Source: a virus (lineage: Duplodnaviria > Caudoviricetes). Taken from it: a stretch of 64,000 bases of DNA. Numbering within the stretch: the first letter of the stretch is position 1; each line of letters opens with the position of its first letter. Under the pieces are notes generated by a model. That model did no database searches. It was not told where the DNA came from and was given only the letters and a program-made list of their open reading frames with translations. Position numbers and translations under genes: made by a program. The stretch spans positions 9,819 through 73,818 of IMG/VR virus record IMGVR_UViG_3300010376_000002; one strand, written 5' to 3'. Positions 10,854 to 20,622 of this stretch are shown here, piece by piece.

Positions 10854-11380
10854 ACCCAGACCTAGAAAGATGGCTTAATGAGGGTCTAGCAGAAGCGGTT
10901 GCCGGCGTCCCCGAGCCACCTCCTGCGCCGGCAGCAGCTCAAGGGCCAAAGCGCAATACCAAGCACGGTGGTGTCGTTCGTAGCACGACAACTCGAGTCT
11001 TAAGCGGACAAATTGCTAATCCCGTCGCTAATCCCAAAGCTCCGGCTCAAGCAGCCCGTCCAGTCAAAACCGTCGCGCCTCCGACTCCGGAAGAGGAACT
11101 CAAAGCCGAAAACCCTGCCTTAGCCATCCCTTCGATGATGACCGGCATGGATTACGATTCTCGGAAAAACGGCGCCCGGCCGAATCCGAATTCGTTTGTG
11201 GAATCAGCACCCAACCCAACTCCGGAGGTTGCAGAGGCGCCTTTAAGTTGGGCAACGACCCTCAAAGATCTCTACGATCGCACTGTTCGCCGCGGTGGCC
11301 TTTATCACGTTGGTAATTCGATGGTTGTCGTCTCAGTCCAAAAACTCAAGCCTCGGGCGTTGTCTGTACCGGAGCATTAA
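10850..11380 (+). CDS. Hypothetical protein
   Basis: GTGA overlap with the bet stop; Pro/Ala-rich. Confidence 0.5.
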   Translation: MNPDLERWLNEGLAEAVAGVPEPPPAPAAAQGPKRNTKHGGVVRSTTTRVLSGQIANPVANPKAPAQAARPVKTVAPPTPEEELKAENPALAIPSMMTGMDYDSRKNGARPNPNSFVESAPNPTPEVAEAPLSWATTLKDLYDRTVRRGGLYHVGNSMVVVSVQKLKPRALSVPEH

Positions 11381-11726
11381 CGCTCGCCAAAAAATCGCTG
11401 ATCTTTTGCAGATTATCGGGATTAGGTACGTACTTTTTCTCGAGCCACGTCCGCACCGTATAGGTGCTTACTCCAATCGTCCTGGCTACCATGTTTACGT
11501 GTAGCTTTTGTCGCTTCATCGCCTCGCGCAGAGCGTTCACCAAGTTCCCGCTTGGGCTAGGTTCTTCGATCGGTTCCGAACCATTGTTGGCTTGGTCGCC
11601 CGCTGCATCGTGCAAGAACTCAATCGCTTTAGCTACCGCTTCAATGCGATTCTTAGCCCATACGTCAGGGAACATCAGTTGAGCAACGCGCCTTGCCTGC
11701 TCCTTGGTAATCATTGCCATTGCCAC
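11346..11726 (-). CDS. XRE-family helix-turn-helix regulator
   Basis: LREAMKRQKLHVNMVARTIGVSTYTVRTWLEKKYVPNPDNLQKI fits HTH_3. Confidence 0.75.
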   Translation of the reverse strand: MAMAMITKEQARRVAQLMFPDVWAKNRIEAVAKAIEFLHDAAGDQANNGSEPIEEPSPSGNLVNALREAMKRQKLHVNMVARTIGVSTYTVRTWLEKKYVPNPDNLQKISDFLASVNAPVQTTPEA

Positions 11727-11785
11727 TCCATTAAAACGCCTGGCGCCTGCCTATGCAAATTCTCCCAGAAAACATTTTACGCTGC

Positions 11786-12178
11786 ATGCACCCTGAAGAC
11801 CTAAGGCTCTACGCCAAGGGACAACTGACAGCCGAGCAAGCCATAGACAAATACTGCGCCCGCGAAGAAAAAAACCTCCACAAGAAATTCGAAAATTGGT
11901 GTTTGCTCAATCGCGAGTACCTAGACTATAGCCATGCAAGGATGGACAAACCGACCACCAACGAGGTCGGATTATTAGACTTTCACGTTTGGACAGCTCA
12001 GCATCATTGCTTCGTTGAATTCAAGTCTGAACACGGTAGAACCTCGCCGGCGCAGGAAAAATTTATCCAGAATCAATTACGCCTGGGCGTTCCGGTTTTG
12101 GTGAGCACCTCCTTTTCTGCGGCAACTGGTTTCGTCCGGCGCCAGTTGCACGTCTCAATTGTCGAGATCGGCACGTGA
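11786..12178 (+). CDS. VRR-NUC (PD-(D/E)xK) nuclease
   Basis: GLLDFHVW...FVEFKSEHGRTSPAQEKF; likely start is the ATG at 11786. Confidence 0.8.
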   Translation: MHPEDLRLYAKGQLTAEQAIDKYCAREEKNLHKKFENWCLLNREYLDYSHARMDKPTTNEVGLLDFHVWTAQHHCFVEFKSEHGRTSPAQEKFIQNQLRLGVPVLVSTSFSAATGFVRRQLHVSIVEIGT

Positions 12179-12442
12179 ACGCGCCGGCCGTTTTTTGGTT
12201 TGGACGAAATCGCGCCGACAGGATTTACAAACCGGATGAAAAACCCATTTGCCATGAGAAGCAGGCATCCCAGTCTGCTCCCATTCGCTGCCGCACTCGG
12301 TGCAGGTTGTCCATTTTTTGGCCCATTGAGAAACGGGACCACGCGTTCCACCCATGAAAGAAATCCAACGGATCTCAAGTTCAGTCTCAGGCTTGCGCTC
12401 ACCCGTCATTAACGCTACGAAAGTTTGTAAATCGTCAGACAT
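12155..12442 (-). CDS. Small Zn-finger hypothetical protein
   Basis: CTECG...CKSC motifs. Confidence 0.45.
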   Translation of the reverse strand: MSDDLQTFVALMTGERKPETELEIRWISFMGGTRGPVSQWAKKWTTCTECGSEWEQTGMPASHGKWVFHPVCKSCRRDFVQTKKRPARSRADLDN

Positions 12443-12481
12443 GAATAATTACCCATAACATTTTTCTTAAGTAAAAAAAGC

Positions 12482-13969
12482 ATGAGAACCGATGTAATTG
12501 TTAAGACGTGGTGGAACGACCTCTGTTGGGTCAGTTATGCACTCAAGTTCCTCCTGAAAAACTGGAAAGAGCCGAACTCGAATTTTATCGTTCTAGCTGA
12601 CGAGAATTGTCACAAGGTAATCAAGACTTGGGGCTTCCCTTCGAGCGTGAAGTATTACTACTTCCGACCTTGGCCGGATGGGAACGGCTTCCAGCAGTAC
12701 CTCACGTTTCTGTCTGACCACGTCAGTGACGCTGATTTCTTCGCGATCTTTGACAGTGACATCATGCTCATCGAGCCCATGCAGGTTAGCGACCATATGA
12801 TCGACGGAAAACCGATTATCTGGTTCAACCGTTATGATTCCTTTTCGACTCCCAGTGACATGGAGAAGGTATGGGGTCCGGTCACAGAGCGCTGGCTAGG
12901 AGTTAAACCTTACGCCGACTACATGGTCCGCTTTCCCTTCCTTTACCGGGCGAGCACGATTGCCAATGTGCGCCGATTCATTACCGCTAAGACCGGACAC
13001 GGCTTGGAGGATAGCCTCTATAGCACTACGCCTTATAAGCCGGAAAACTTTTTCAGTCATCCTTTCAAACTCTCGGAGCACAATCTGATCGGGTTTTACG
13101 CCCAGTTGCACGAAGCCGATCAATACGCCTTCTGCGATATCGAGGGGACTTCACCCTGGCAGCAACGCTATCGGCATTATCATAGCTGGACCCAGTGGAG
13201 CACCGAGCGGATGCGGGAGCTGGACAATCTCTATCTGATGGGCATCGAGAATCCAACTCCGGAGGATCAGATTATGCAGACACCGCAAGGATATTGGGTC
13301 TTGAGGCGCGATACGCATATCAGTCGGTGGGTCGAACAAACCGGACGCCTGGATCACGACCAGACTGTCCTCCAGCAACTCCGGCAGTATATCCGGCCGG
13401 GCTCGACCGTGATCGATGCCGGTGCCGCGATTGGCGATCATACCGTGTTCTATCTCGACTCTGTCGGCGAAACGGGAAAGGTCTACGCCTTTGAACCTCA
13501 CCCCCTCCAATACCTGTGCCTCGTTCGAAACTGCCCACGGGCGCTTTGTTATCCAGAGGCTCTAGGTGAGACTTTCGGCAAGGTCCACCTCTTTCACGAA
13601 CCCGATGTAGTTGCTGGTTCGCGCCTAATCGATCCTAAACTCCAGTGGCCGATGACCGAGTGCGACCGCGTACTTCTGGATGACGTCGTCCTAGAAAAGA
13701 ATGATGTCTCCTTCATCAAGATCGACGTCGAGGGTTGTGAACCGGAAGTTTTGCGCGGAGCTCGGGAGATCCTCAAACAGAGCCGACCCACAATCTGGTT
13801 TGAGCAAAATCCAGAAGCTTTACGGCGCCAAGGTCACTCAATCGACGAGATTCGGAATTTGATTAGTGAACTAGGTTATCGCGTAGTCCGATTCTATCCC
13901 GATGGTTCCAGTTGGCAGGGTAGTCCTGATCAAAAATCCCAGTGCGACGTTCTCTGTGCGCCCGTATGA
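12482..13969 (+). CDS. Fusion of a GT-A-like glycosyltransferase domain and an FkbM-family SAM methyltransferase
   Basis: N-terminal FAIFDSDIML (DxD); C-terminal VIDAGAAIGDHT, VYAFEP, FIKIDVEGCEPEVLRGA, PTIWFE. Confidence 0.8.
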   Translation: MRTDVIVKTWWNDLCWVSYALKFLLKNWKEPNSNFIVLADENCHKVIKTWGFPSSVKYYYFRPWPDGNGFQQYLTFLSDHVSDADFFAIFDSDIMLIEPMQVSDHMIDGKPIIWFNRYDSFSTPSDMEKVWGPVTERWLGVKPYADYMVRFPFLYRASTIANVRRFITAKTGHGLEDSLYSTTPYKPENFFSHPFKLSEHNLIGFYAQLHEADQYAFCDIEGTSPWQQRYRHYHSWTQWSTERMRELDNLYLMGIENPTPEDQIMQTPQGYWVLRRDTHISRWVEQTGRLDHDQTVLQQLRQYIRPGSTVIDAGAAIGDHTVFYLDSVGETGKVYAFEPHPLQYLCLVRNCPRALCYPEALGETFGKVHLFHEPDVVAGSRLIDPKLQWPMTECDRVLLDDVVLEKNDVSFIKIDVEGCEPEVLRGAREILKQSRPTIWFEQNPEALRRQGHSIDEIRNLISELGYRVVRFYPDGSSWQGSPDQKSQCDVLCAPV

Positions 13970-13970
13970 G

Positions 13971-14762
13971 CTAACCCGGTCCTCTTAAGACGCGGCTACC
14001 TAAAACGCTCGGAACTTTTGCCGGATTGCGGCCGCGGAGTAAATGCGTACGTGCTAGTCCTCTCGCGGTCGCATCTTTGACTCCATGAAGAAGCGCCGGT
14101 CGAACTCCGTTTTTGGAAACAGTTTTCCATTCCGGCTCCGTAAGCAGCTTACGCCGGTAGTAAGAGGTGATGAGATTAGTGTCCTGGGCTTGCGAATTGA
14201 TAAACTCTCGGTGATGAAAGTCCCACGCCGTAGTAATGGGAGTCTCGAGCAAGTGCGGCCAATCTTTCGCTAGCCAAACCGGAAACATCGCGTTGCCGTT
14301 GATGTGTCGCGGGATCCCGCCTTCGGCCTCTTGATCGTGCACGTTGCCGACGACCGGCTTAGAGCGTTCGTCATATTCCTTTTGCAAAAGTTCAATCCAG
14401 TTTGTCTGTAAGGGACAGCAATCCGGCTCAAAAGTCAGCACCCCTTGCTCAGTGATATCGCCAGCATGAAAAAGCCTTTCGACGTCTTTCATCGTGCTAG
14501 CCCACAGAGCGTTCGAACCGGCCGGCCAGCCCGTGGCGTAAAGCTCCGCTTCGGTCGCCCAAACTCGGTTATAGCACTTCGAGAGAAATGTTTGAGCGGT
14601 CCAAATCCGCGATCGTGGAGTGTCTTTGCGATACACGATTAGCCACGCCGGCGGATCCGGAGTCGGATGGTCCTGCTCGAGCTCACCAATCAGTTTCGCA
14701 AGGTCCAAGAATGCGTCGCAATCAATGGGGCAAACTTGCAAAGCGAACAGAACAGAACTCAT
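13971..14762 (-). CDS. Putative glycosyltransferase-like protein
   Basis: LTFEPDCCPL (DxD-like)...VVGN...HINGNAMF...AWD...LLHGVKD, a GT-A-like pattern. Confidence 0.5.
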   Translation of the reverse strand: MSSVLFALQVCPIDCDAFLDLAKLIGELEQDHPTPDPPAWLIVYRKDTPRSRIWTAQTFLSKCYNRVWATEAELYATGWPAGSNALWASTMKDVERLFHAGDITEQGVLTFEPDCCPLQTNWIELLQKEYDERSKPVVGNVHDQEAEGGIPRHINGNAMFPVWLAKDWPHLLETPITTAWDFHHREFINSQAQDTNLITSYYRRKLLTEPEWKTVSKNGVRPALLHGVKDATARGLARTHLLRGRNPAKVPSVLGSRVLRGPG

Positions 14763-14820
14763 ACCTGCAAGAGAAAAATACCGAACTCGACGACGTCAAG
14801 AAAAAGTCGTACGATCAGAC

Positions 14821-15057
14821 ATGGCTCTCAAACCTGTCCCTCAACCGTGGACGCTGCTAGCGGTTCAATGCCCGCTAAATCCAGCACAACCCCAGAATGT
14901 CAACTTAGGGCCAGGCTCTAATCCTGGCAGTTGGACTGGTTATCCCAAACCGGAAAGAACTGGACCTACAATGATCCCGCCGGGATGCGCGCCAGGACTA
15001 CCACAGATTAACTTCACCGGTCCTTGGCAACCATATCCGGCAACCGCGCACGGCTAA
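14821..15057 (+). CDS. Small Pro-rich protein heading a structural cluster
   Basis: MALKPVPQPW...; ATG at 14821 inside the tracked 14620 ORF. Confidence 0.5.
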   Translation: MALKPVPQPWTLLAVQCPLNPAQPQNVNLGPGSNPGSWTGYPKPERTGPTMIPPGCAPGLPQINFTGPWQPYPATAHG

Positions 15058-15063
15058 ACCCTG

Positions 15064-15900
15064 ATGGGCGGCTGGAGTACTTTCGGCGCCGGTAAGTTTT
15101 TGCAGGCACTGCTTGGTAACCAAGCAACTGGAGTGCCTGCAACTTGGTATTTCCAGCCGATGATCACCGCTCCGACCTTTGCCGGCGGAGGCAGCCCTTC
15201 TATCCTCGTTCCACGGCTAGGGCTTCTCCCAAACACTAGCAACTTCAGCGCAGCCACCGGCACCGGCACCGTCACGGGCGCTAACGCAATCCCGTTGACC
15301 TTTCTTACCGCTAGCGCTGGCACCCAGGAAATCTGGACCGCTATCGGGCTCTACGACGCAAACGCCGCTGGCAATTTCTACGCTTGGTGGAACATCCCGG
15401 CCGGTCAGCAACCCACGGTCAACCAGGGCACCCAATACCAGGTCGCGATCGGTAACCTAAAATTTGCCCTTACTTCCGGTGCCGGAGGCGGAGTGAGCGA
15501 CTTCGCCATGAAAGCGCTCATCAACAATTTTTTGCAGAAAGCGGCTTTGGGCGCACCGGCTAGCTGGTATCTGGGAGGTTATACCGCCAATCCAACTAGC
15601 GCCGGAGGCGGCACTGAGTCGACCAGAACCGGCTATGCTAGAATCGCTATCGGCAATGACTTGACTCATTTTGGTGCGCCAGGTGGCACGCTAAACGTCA
15701 GCGTTACCAATCTATTAGCCTCAATTTTCGCGGCTCTTGGCGGTGCCGGCACCGAGACTTGGACCGGCTACGGACTCTTTGATGCACCTAGCGCTGGCAA
15801 TATGTGGCTTTGGAGTCCGGTCACTAACATCGTAGCAGGCAACGCTAGCGTCATCACTTTCCCGGCCGCTTCTATCGGCTCAATTTTAACCAGTTCATAA
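15064..15900 (+). CDS. Tail-associated structural protein with two tandem copies of one domain
   Basis: WY..T.PT.AGGG...WT..GL(Y/F)DA..AGN...W occurs twice. Confidence 0.65.
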   Translation: MGGWSTFGAGKFLQALLGNQATGVPATWYFQPMITAPTFAGGGSPSILVPRLGLLPNTSNFSAATGTGTVTGANAIPLTFLTASAGTQEIWTAIGLYDANAAGNFYAWWNIPAGQQPTVNQGTQYQVAIGNLKFALTSGAGGGVSDFAMKALINNFLQKAALGAPASWYLGGYTANPTSAGGGTESTRTGYARIAIGNDLTHFGAPGGTLNVSVTNLLASIFAALGGAGTETWTGYGLFDAPSAGNMWLWSPVTNIVAGNASVITFPAASIGSILTSS

Positions 15901-15912
15901 GCAGCCTGGGTT

Positions 15913-16746
15913 ATGGCTAACACTGTCGTCCAAACCAAGAGCACGACTGCCCAGCCTGCTTCCAGTGCCGCGCCTACGCTGGCTTTTGCTAGCAACAACA
16001 CCTCTGGCAATGCCCTGATTGTCACGGTCGCCGTCCAGACTCAAACCGTTACCGGAGTCAGTGATTCTCACGGTCAAACCTACACGCTAGATAAGTCAGG
16101 AACCGGCGGTGGCTGGAATCTTTACATCTACCGGTTCTTCAATTGCCGCGGTGGCGCGTGCACCGTCACAGTCAACTTGAGCGCAGCGACGGCTAACGTC
16201 AAAATCACCATTACCGAGTTAGCTGCTACCGCAGGCATGGTCTTTTGGGGCGTCGACGTCACCGGCAGCCTCACCGGCACCGGCACCGCAGTGAGCTGCG
16301 GTCCTTTTACGACCACTAAGCCTAACGATGTCATAATCGCCACTTCGATGAACTCAGGTCCACAGACCACAACTGTGGGCAGCGGTTATACGACACTTGG
16401 CGCGCAATGGACGGCAGGCAACCCCGATGAATACCAGATCTTGACCGCAACTGGTTCGCAAACCCCATCGGCCACTCTGGCAGCTTCAGCAACCTGGGGA
16501 ATGATTGCGGTGGCTTATGCGGCCCAGACTCCTACCGACTCAGGATCGCTGACTGCGACCGAAGCCACCTCAACGCCGGCTAGCGCTCCCTTCATCGGAG
16601 TCAATTCCGGCGCACTAACCGCACTGGAAAACAGCTCGAGTCCGCCATCGCACCCGACCGTTACAGGGACAGCACCGCTGCCTCCTGTTTCACAAGCCCA
16701 AAACCAAGATGGATGGCCCGGCGAATTCTCGTCTGGTGGTTGGTAG
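15913..16746 (+). CDS. Putative virion structural protein
   Basis: Thr/Ala/Gly-rich; FASNNTSGNALIV..VTGVSDSHGQTYT resembles the N-terminus of the 51493 protein (FGQANIAGDMLV..VTAVHDSAGNTYT). Confidence 0.55.
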   Translation: MANTVVQTKSTTAQPASSAAPTLAFASNNTSGNALIVTVAVQTQTVTGVSDSHGQTYTLDKSGTGGGWNLYIYRFFNCRGGACTVTVNLSAATANVKITITELAATAGMVFWGVDVTGSLTGTGTAVSCGPFTTTKPNDVIIATSMNSGPQTTTVGSGYTTLGAQWTAGNPDEYQILTATGSQTPSATLAASATWGMIAVAYAAQTPTDSGSLTATEATSTPASAPFIGVNSGALTALENSSSPPSHPTVTGTAPLPPVSQAQNQDGWPGEFSSGGW

Positions 16747-16769
16747 CCTCTTAGGCTAAGCACAAGTCA

Positions 16770-18626
16770 ATGGAACGAGGCGCCACAGCCTCGAGCAGTC
16801 CCTATTTGCTCGATCAGCTTCGCGAAACGCTCGGTGACGGCTCCGACGAAGACCGGCTCCAGGCTGTCCGGATGATCGAGCCTCGGTGCGAGCAACTAGT
16901 ACAAGCCGACGCTTTTCTTTGGGCGGTTGTGAGTCGGATGCTGCGAGCCAACCGCTTGCGCGCGGTCGCTAAGCTCATTTGGACTCTCGAGCTTTTCGAC
17001 GAACGACCCGAATGCGTCGCGCAGATCTGGAGAACGATTTTCAACGAACCGAAAACGATTCTCCTCGGTTGCGGTTCGGCCGGCAAAACTTACAGCTCCG
17101 CAGCTTGGTTCTTGTTGGATTGGTTGCGGGATCCGCAGTTCACCAACACGAAGGTAATTTCAAGCACGGCCGGGCACGCAAAATCAAATGTATTCAGCAC
17201 ACTGCACAAGCTTCACGAAAGCTCGCGAATCCGCTTACCGGGAATTCGCCTTGATGGTTTCATTGGGCTCAATAGCCAGAATAGACACGCAGGCATATCC
17301 CGCGTCTCGATTCCACCAGGCGCCTCAGGCCGCGGAGCTCTCCAAGGATTTCACCCAATTCCGCGAACCCATCCGGATCCGATTTTTGGACAGGTTGGAC
17401 GAGTAAGAGCTTTCATCGATGAAGGCGAGGAGTGCCCGGTCGGACTTTGGAAGGGCATCGATAATATGCTGCTCAGTTTGCATGGAACTGACCTCATTAA
17501 AATCTGTTCGGCTTGCAATCCGCGTGACGTGCTTTCGCCGCTCGCGATGTATGCGCAGCCGCAGCAAGGCTGGACGCGAGTAAAGGTCGACGTCGATAAG
17601 GAATGGTACTCAACCGAGAACTGGAAAGTCTTGCGAATCGATGGTTGCGACCTAGAAAATGTGAGGGAACGCAAGCTGATCTACCCGGGATTCATGACGT
17701 TCCCAGGTTACGAAAACCTGCGTCTGAAAGCGGGCGGTAATACGCCTGAATATTGGACGATGGCGAGGGGCATGTACCCGCTTGAGGGCGCGGCTAACAC
17801 CGTCATTCCGATCGCGTTTTTGGACGAGCTCGTCGGCACTCTGCTTTTCGTCGGACAAGTCGTTCCATGCGGTGCGATCGATGTCGCCTTTGAGGGCGAT
17901 GACGAATGTATTTTCTGCGCCGGCCGCTACGGTCAGGCGACGGGTTGGCGCGACCCGCTCACCGGCAAAGTGCATTTCTTCGAAGGTGGCAATCGGTACT
18001 GCTTGCAAGTCGATCAGTTTTTCACTTTCCCCAAGCTGCGCACCATCGCTCTCGCTCAAGAGGTGATGGACCTCTGTAAAAAGCTAGCGATTCAGCCAGA
18101 ATGGTTCTGTTGCGACCGAACCGGAGTCGGAGTCGGACTACACGACGCTCTGATTGCTTCCTGGGATCCCGAGACTATGGGCATAAACTGGGGGCAAGAT
18201 GCGACCGAGCGCAAAATTCTCGAGGACGATACGACCGTCGCAATCGAGGAGTTCGAAGGCATCAGCTGCGAAATGTACATGGCGATGCGTAGGTGGATCG
18301 AATTCAGCTACATGCGAATCGCTCCGAGCCTGGATTCCGGCAAGCTTTTCAAAGAAATGACTTCGCGAAAATACGAACAAACCGGCAAAGGTCCGACCGG
18401 TTTAGGCCGAGTCCGGCTCCAGCCGAAAAAAGAATTCAAACGGCTATACGGCTGGAGTCCGGACCGGTGCGACGCATTGGTTATGCTGCTCCACGTCTGC
18501 CGAATGCGCGGCCCAGAACGCGCGCGCATGGCACTCCGGAGCCGAGTTACTCGCCGGCCGTTCGCAAGAACCGGCATTATCGAGAAGTCGCAGATTCTGC
18601 GTTGGGATCCGAAGCTGGATGCATAA
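16770..18626 (+). CDS. terL: Terminase large subunit
   Basis: Walker A GCGSAGKT, Walker B AFIDEGE, RNase H-like GAIDVAFEGDDE, C-terminal SPDRCDA. Confidence 0.9.
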   Translation: MERGATASSSPYLLDQLRETLGDGSDEDRLQAVRMIEPRCEQLVQADAFLWAVVSRMLRANRLRAVAKLIWTLELFDERPECVAQIWRTIFNEPKTILLGCGSAGKTYSSAAWFLLDWLRDPQFTNTKVISSTAGHAKSNVFSTLHKLHESSRIRLPGIRLDGFIGLNSQNRHAGISRVSIPPGASGRGALQGFHPIPRTHPDPIFGQVGRVRAFIDEGEECPVGLWKGIDNMLLSLHGTDLIKICSACNPRDVLSPLAMYAQPQQGWTRVKVDVDKEWYSTENWKVLRIDGCDLENVRERKLIYPGFMTFPGYENLRLKAGGNTPEYWTMARGMYPLEGAANTVIPIAFLDELVGTLLFVGQVVPCGAIDVAFEGDDECIFCAGRYGQATGWRDPLTGKVHFFEGGNRYCLQVDQFFTFPKLRTIALAQEVMDLCKKLAIQPEWFCCDRTGVGVGLHDALIASWDPETMGINWGQDATERKILEDDTTVAIEEFEGISCEMYMAMRRWIEFSYMRIAPSLDSGKLFKEMTSRKYEQTGKGPTGLGRVRLQPKKEFKRLYGWSPDRCDALVMLLHVCRMRGPERARMALRSRVTRRPFARTGIIEKSQILRWDPKLDA

Positions 18627-19374
18627 AAGTTCGCAACATCGCCTCCCTTACTTCCTCATGCTGAAGGCAAGCGAAATTAACGCACTGCGTAACCTGCTCC
18701 ACTGTCAGTTCAGCTATTCGAATCCGTTCTATAATTTCGGCTTCCAACGAGTCCATCTGATATCTCTGCCAAGCGTAGCTTTGCAGGCGATCGCGTAAGA
18801 CCGATAAAGGCTCCTGATCAGGATCTTCGACCTCTTCGCCTTTTTCTTTCAGTTCAGCCTCTACTTCCGGCGGAGGAGGCACCTTAACCCCACGATCCGA
18901 TCCGAAATAGGATCCTGAAGGTGCTCCGTTGCTTGTTCCTAGGCTGCTCTCAACGTCAATCACTTCCGCACGTTTGCGCTTTCGCGACTTGCCTTCGGAT
19001 TCTTCCCTCTCCGAGATCCATCTCAACGCTCCGGCGATCGTTGGAATTTGATCCAATTCCAACGGCCTCTGTTGACTTTCAAGCCTAGCAATCAGGAATG
19101 ATCGATTAACTGCTAGCCTCATACATACCCTTATTGTGGTCATTCCAATTTTCCCTTCAAAGTTGTCACGTAGCCACTTTTCCCAACCATTACCCCGTTC
19201 ATACTTCTCTATTCGCTCACGTGCCTTGATAAACCAGTCTCCACGAGCAAGAGCTCTCCAAAAGATATCGCCGAGAGCCATTGAGTCCTGCTGAATTCCA
19301 GCTATGACTGCCCTTATCTCTTCAGGCATAATCGGACCCTCTTCTTTGGCCTCTTTATCTGCTAGCGCATTCAT
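18577..19374 (-). CDS. DUF3102-like protein
   Basis: RGDWFIKARE...GWEKWLRDNF...TTIRVCMRLA. Confidence 0.55.
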   Translation of the reverse strand: MNALADKEAKEEGPIMPEEIRAVIAGIQQDSMALGDIFWRALARGDWFIKARERIEKYERGNGWEKWLRDNFEGKIGMTTIRVCMRLAVNRSFLIARLESQQRPLELDQIPTIAGALRWISEREESEGKSRKRKRAEVIDVESSLGTSNGAPSGSYFGSDRGVKVPPPPEVEAELKEKGEEVEDPDQEPLSVLRDRLQSYAWQRYQMDSLEAEIIERIRIAELTVEQVTQCVNFACLQHEEVREAMLRTFMHPASDPNAESATSR

Positions 19375-19619
19375 CAGTTAAGGGAATTATCAATTAAGGG
19401 AAAAGCTAGCGCCGCAATTGCCTGGAGTTCGGCATCCATGGCTCGAAATTCCTGGGGGAGCATTCCATCCTTATCTCTGTATTTTGCCATTAAGGCGTCC
19501 CACTCCAGCTTTTGTTTTCGCGTCTCTCGTAGGTCGGCTTGATTCTTAGCGACCCGCCTTATAATTTCGTCGATCTCCTTCTGAGAAATCGGACCGTTTT
19601 TTGGATCGTCAGTTTTCAT
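19374..19619 (-). CDS. Hypothetical protein
   Basis: Coupled to neighbours on both sides. Confidence 0.5.
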   Translation of the reverse strand: MKTDDPKNGPISQKEIDEIIRRVAKNQADLRETRKQKLEWDALMAKYRDKDGMLPQEFRAMDAELQAIAALAFPLIDNSLN

Positions 19620-20413
19620 TTATAGAATCGCGGACGCGTCTTACGGGTAATCTTGAGTCCAGGGAACCACCCATCACGAAATTGCTCACCGGCTTTTTCA
19701 CGGCGTTTAATTTCGCGAGTAAACCAAACGTCATTGGCTATCATTTCAACAGCTTCCGCAGGAAGCTTAGCTGCGAGCACCCGGTTCTCGATCTCAACCT
19801 CGTAGTAAACCTCGACTCCTAAACCCTTGTCAGTTTCGGATCTGGCATCGACCTCTTTAGCCGCCTTTGACAGTTCTTTGGCGGCTTGAGCTGCGGCCCG
19901 CTTCTGCGCGGAACCAGTAGCGTATTTCGCCTCGTGTTCTTTTTCCCTGGCTCGAGCTTCTAAGCGTTCCCTTTCAGCTCGTTTGCCAGTCTCCACTTTA
20001 TCTATCCAAGCAGTTACTCGACCTCTCAGAGTCGACGACAACATTTCTAACTGCCGACTCATCGGCATAACCGCTCCGTTGATCTGACTTAAAACCCTCT
20101 GCCAGGGTTCCCGTTGTTCCTTCTCTAGATTCTTTAACCTAGCGATAGTGTGGTCGACGGCTGAATGCGCCTCAATGCAACGTTGTTTCTGACCCTCGTT
20201 ACGGATGATTTGGTCCTCCCTTCGACCGGTTTCTAAGGCTAACTCGCACTCAGCTTGAGTATCCCGACTGAGATAGACATCTTTGAATATGGGCGGCTTG
20301 TTTGCAGTCGCGCCATTCTTGTAATTAAGTTCGAATTTGACTAAATCGTCATTCATGGCTCTTGGTCCGTAACACCGAAGCAAAATTGATTCAAGATTTT
20401 TATCTTGCATCAA
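19616..20413 (-). CDS. Coiled-coil protein, Gam/gp157-like, paralog of 23974-24828
   Basis: Long charged coiled coil followed by YEVEIEN...PGLKITRK. Confidence 0.5.
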   Translation of the reverse strand: MMQDKNLESILLRCYGPRAMNDDLVKFELNYKNGATANKPPIFKDVYLSRDTQAECELALETGRREDQIIRNEGQKQRCIEAHSAVDHTIARLKNLEKEQREPWQRVLSQINGAVMPMSRQLEMLSSTLRGRVTAWIDKVETGKRAERERLEARAREKEHEAKYATGSAQKRAAAQAAKELSKAAKEVDARSETDKGLGVEVYYEVEIENRVLAAKLPAEAVEMIANDVWFTREIKRREKAGEQFRDGWFPGLKITRKTRPRFYK

Positions 20414-20622
20414 TAGCTTATCCTGCTAGCGTTGCCTTGCACGGTAAAAGCTAGCGAGGAAGAACCAACCGCAGTCCGCCAGTGTCCCGAATAAGTCGCC
20501 AGTGCGAGAGATCCTCTAGAGATCCAGTGCCAGAGCGCAGTGACGAGTGCAACATAAGCCGGTGATGTCGCTACTATCCGTACGATTCATGGCAAGGTAA
20601 GGCCAAACCTTGGGCATTCCCC

